From NCBI GenBank assembly GCA_051879275.1, contig JBJELS010000091.1, positions 1 to 14,458 of the forward strand: a DNA stretch of 14,458 nt. The letters are read 5' to 3'. The DNA comes from Lachnospiraceae bacterium. Its GTDB lineage: Bacteria; Bacillota; Clostridia; Lachnospirales; Lachnospiraceae. The notes beneath the pieces were generated by a model that did no database searches, was not told the origin of the DNA, and was given only the letters and a program-made list of their open reading frames with translations. Both the position numbers and the translations under genes were made by a program. This document shows positions 12,859 to 14,458 of this stretch, one piece after another. Position 1 is the stretch's first letter; every line of letters begins with the position of its first letter.

Positions 12859-14106
12859 CTACTCTTCGCTTAAAAGAATAAAAATATCTTTGGAAATTCC
12901 CGTAACATGACATATAAAATGTAATAATGTTTTTTCGCTTTTTATTAACTCATTAGGATTGATAAATATCTCTCCTAATTCTTCAACACAATACTTTTCT
13001 TTATTTAAATCATATTGAAAAAGTGCAAACTCCATAAAACGCAAAATATCCTGATAAGATAATGGCTGACTTATGATTCTAAACACCATATTAAGAAATG
13101 CCTCCGTATAGTCAGGCTGGTGTAATTTAATTTCAGGTAAATCAGCAACCAGTTTCGCATCTACACAATAATTACATAAAGTTTTTTTCGCTATATTATT
13201 AGTTATTTTCAATATATCTTCTATTTTCGCCTTAGAATTTTTCCCATACAATAACCCCAGATTTATTAATTCCTCCTTATCTTTGTCTGGAAAATATTGG
13301 ATTTGCCTACATGTTTGTAGCATAGCTAATGTCAACATGCCACATAATTGGTATATTGCCCATTTTATAGATATTTTCTGTTCCTCCTTTAGCGGTAGCT
13401 CTACTACAACCGCTAAATCCCGTAACGCAGTAATCGTTTGTTTACATCTCGTGTAATTATCTTCTTGTGCCCAATAGTGTGTATGAATGAATTTTGCTAT
13501 CCTTTTATACGTAATATTATTAGGAGTTGTAATTGACTTAAATGTTTTAAGATTTTGCGATTGAATAACAGGATTCCATGGTATTCTCCAGTCCTCCTCT
13601 TCCACGCCAAACCTTTTCTGCATTTCAGCAATTGTACTTAGGTCCACTATTTGGATATTTTTTCTACTTGCATATATTTTAGTACTTAGTTTCGTTCCTC
13701 CCTTTACAAACAAAATATCATCAACTTTAATATGTTCTTTTATTCCGTTTAACCATGCTATTCTGTTAATTTCTTGAGCTGCGCCGGATTTGCAATCTGC
13801 CCAGATTGTTTTTATGGAGAAATCAGAATGTAGATAGATTCCATAGACATCTAAATCGGTAACGATATCGTTCGGTTCATCAGGCGAAGTCTGGACAATA
13901 ATATTTGTTTTTGGAAAATATCCCATAAAAAAAAGTAATCTTTTAATTCTATATTCTAATAGTTCACCTTTAGGTACTGTCTTATTTATATTTTTCTTCT
14001 GAACATCTAACTTACTTTCTGATACTGCTAATTTCTCGGTTATACTTTTTTCTTCTAAAAAGCTCATCTGATTATGATCTATATTGTTTTTCTTTTTTTT
14101 ATTCAC
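12859..14106 (-). CDS. Mrr-like PD-(D/E)xK nuclease-domain protein with an uncharacterised helical C-terminal domain
   Basis: The nuclease core pattern is ELLEYRIKRLLFFMGY ... IVTDLDVYGIY ... IWADCKSG (E ... D ... D-x-K), as in Mrr-type restriction endonuclease catalytic domains. I re-set the start to GTG 14106 (415 aa) because GGAG lies 7 nt upstream and the upstream ORF stops at 14122-14120. ATG 14067 is an alternative. The 474-aa version in the track overlaps the upstream gene. Confidence 0.8.
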   Translation of the reverse strand: MNKKKKNNIDHNQMSFLEEKSITEKLAVSESKLDVQKKNINKTVPKGELLEYRIKRLLFFMGYFPKTNIIVQTSPDEPNDIVTDLDVYGIYLHSDFSIKTIWADCKSGAAQEINRIAWLNGIKEHIKVDDILFVKGGTKLSTKIYASRKNIQIVDLSTIAEMQKRFGVEEEDWRIPWNPVIQSQNLKTFKSITTPNNITYKRIAKFIHTHYWAQEDNYTRCKQTITALRDLAVVVELPLKEEQKISIKWAIYQLCGMLTLAMLQTCRQIQYFPDKDKEELINLGLLYGKNSKAKIEDILKITNNIAKKTLCNYCVDAKLVADLPEIKLHQPDYTEAFLNMVFRIISQPLSYQDILRFMEFALFQYDLNKEKYCVEELGEIFINPNELIKSEKTLLHFICHVTGISKDIFILLSEE

Positions 14107-14119
14107 AGCTATGCTCCTT

Positions 14120-14458
14120 TTAATAATTCTCATCCCGCAATATGCGTTGAATGTACTCATCTGTTTCTTTTGATGTTTCGGGCAACTCGCCCATCCGAAC
14201 TCTTTGCACCTCAGCAGAATAATAATTTGAAGTTTTAATGATTGAACTATAGCTGCTAACCTCTCTATCTTGGTCGATATCATTTGAAAAATCTTCTATA
14301 CATCTTAATGCTTCCAGAGCGACATCATCTTTTATCAATTCCAGATAATATCCAGTAGCGTTATAGCATCCATTAATTCCCCATTTTGTCTTGGTTTTAT
14401 ATACCACCTTTGCTATCCCCTTCTTTTCAAGCATGATGTAATCCGTGCTATTGGCATC
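14120..14458 (-). CDS. Partial CDS (C-terminal part), unknown function
   Basis: The frame is open upstream of the listed Met all the way to the window edge (...DANSTDYIMLEKKG...), so the gene probably starts outside the window. It ends with TAA just before the SD of the next gene. No motif recognised. Confidence 0.6.
   Translation of the reverse strand, partial: DANSTDYIMLEKKGIAKVVYKTKTKWGINGCYNATGYYLELIKDDVALEALRCIEDFSNDIDQDREVSSYSSIIKTSNYYSAEVQRVRMGELPETSKETDEYIQRILRDENY

Noticed and set aside
14107-14283. N-terminal 59 codons of the 474-aa ORF
   Set aside because: This stretch overlaps the 3' end of the upstream ORF in another frame. A GTG at 14106 with a well-spaced GGAG immediately follows the upstream stop and gives a non-overlapping gene.

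Overview
All convincing genes lie on the minus strand, and SD sequences are AGGAGG-like, so this looks like a mobile or accessory region of a low-GC Gram-positive (Clostridia-like) genome. The window splits into two compositionally different halves.

Left half (about 1-8400, more GC-rich):
- A short ORF fragment with a PIN-like motif at the window edge.
- Three translationally coupled large serine recombinases (148-5101).
- A 90-aa conserved small protein.
- A 42-aa transmembrane micro-ORF, too short for the ORF track, coupled to the 3' end of a 674-aa DinG/XPD-family Fe-S helicase (5875-7899).
- A non-coding stretch of about 480 nt upstream of the helicase. It contains a roughly 250-nt element with nested long-range helices that reads best as a minus-strand structured RNA.
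- A 30-nt hairpin-forming sequence that occurs twice in direct orientation (29/30 identical), bracketing the helicase plus micro-ORF cassette.

A strong rho-independent terminator (8384-8427) separates the halves.

Right half (about 8400-14458, visibly AT-rich), one tightly packed minus-strand operon:
- A partial ORF at the right edge.
- An Mrr-like PD-(D/E)xK nuclease-domain protein.
- Three small proteins of unknown function, one of them Imm11/DUF1629-like.
- A 515-aa protein with a PAAR-like (DUF4280-type) N-terminal region and a lysozyme/SLT-like C-terminal region.
- A 389-aa lipoprotein, which is a candidate extracytoplasmic immunity protein.

I saw no rRNA, tRNA, CRISPR array or transposase. 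The best candidates for something undescribed are (i) the structured RNA, DinG-like helicase and micropeptide cassette bracketed by identical hairpins, and (ii) the nuclease plus PAAR-like effector operon. All domain assignments come from motif recognition by eye and need profile searches.
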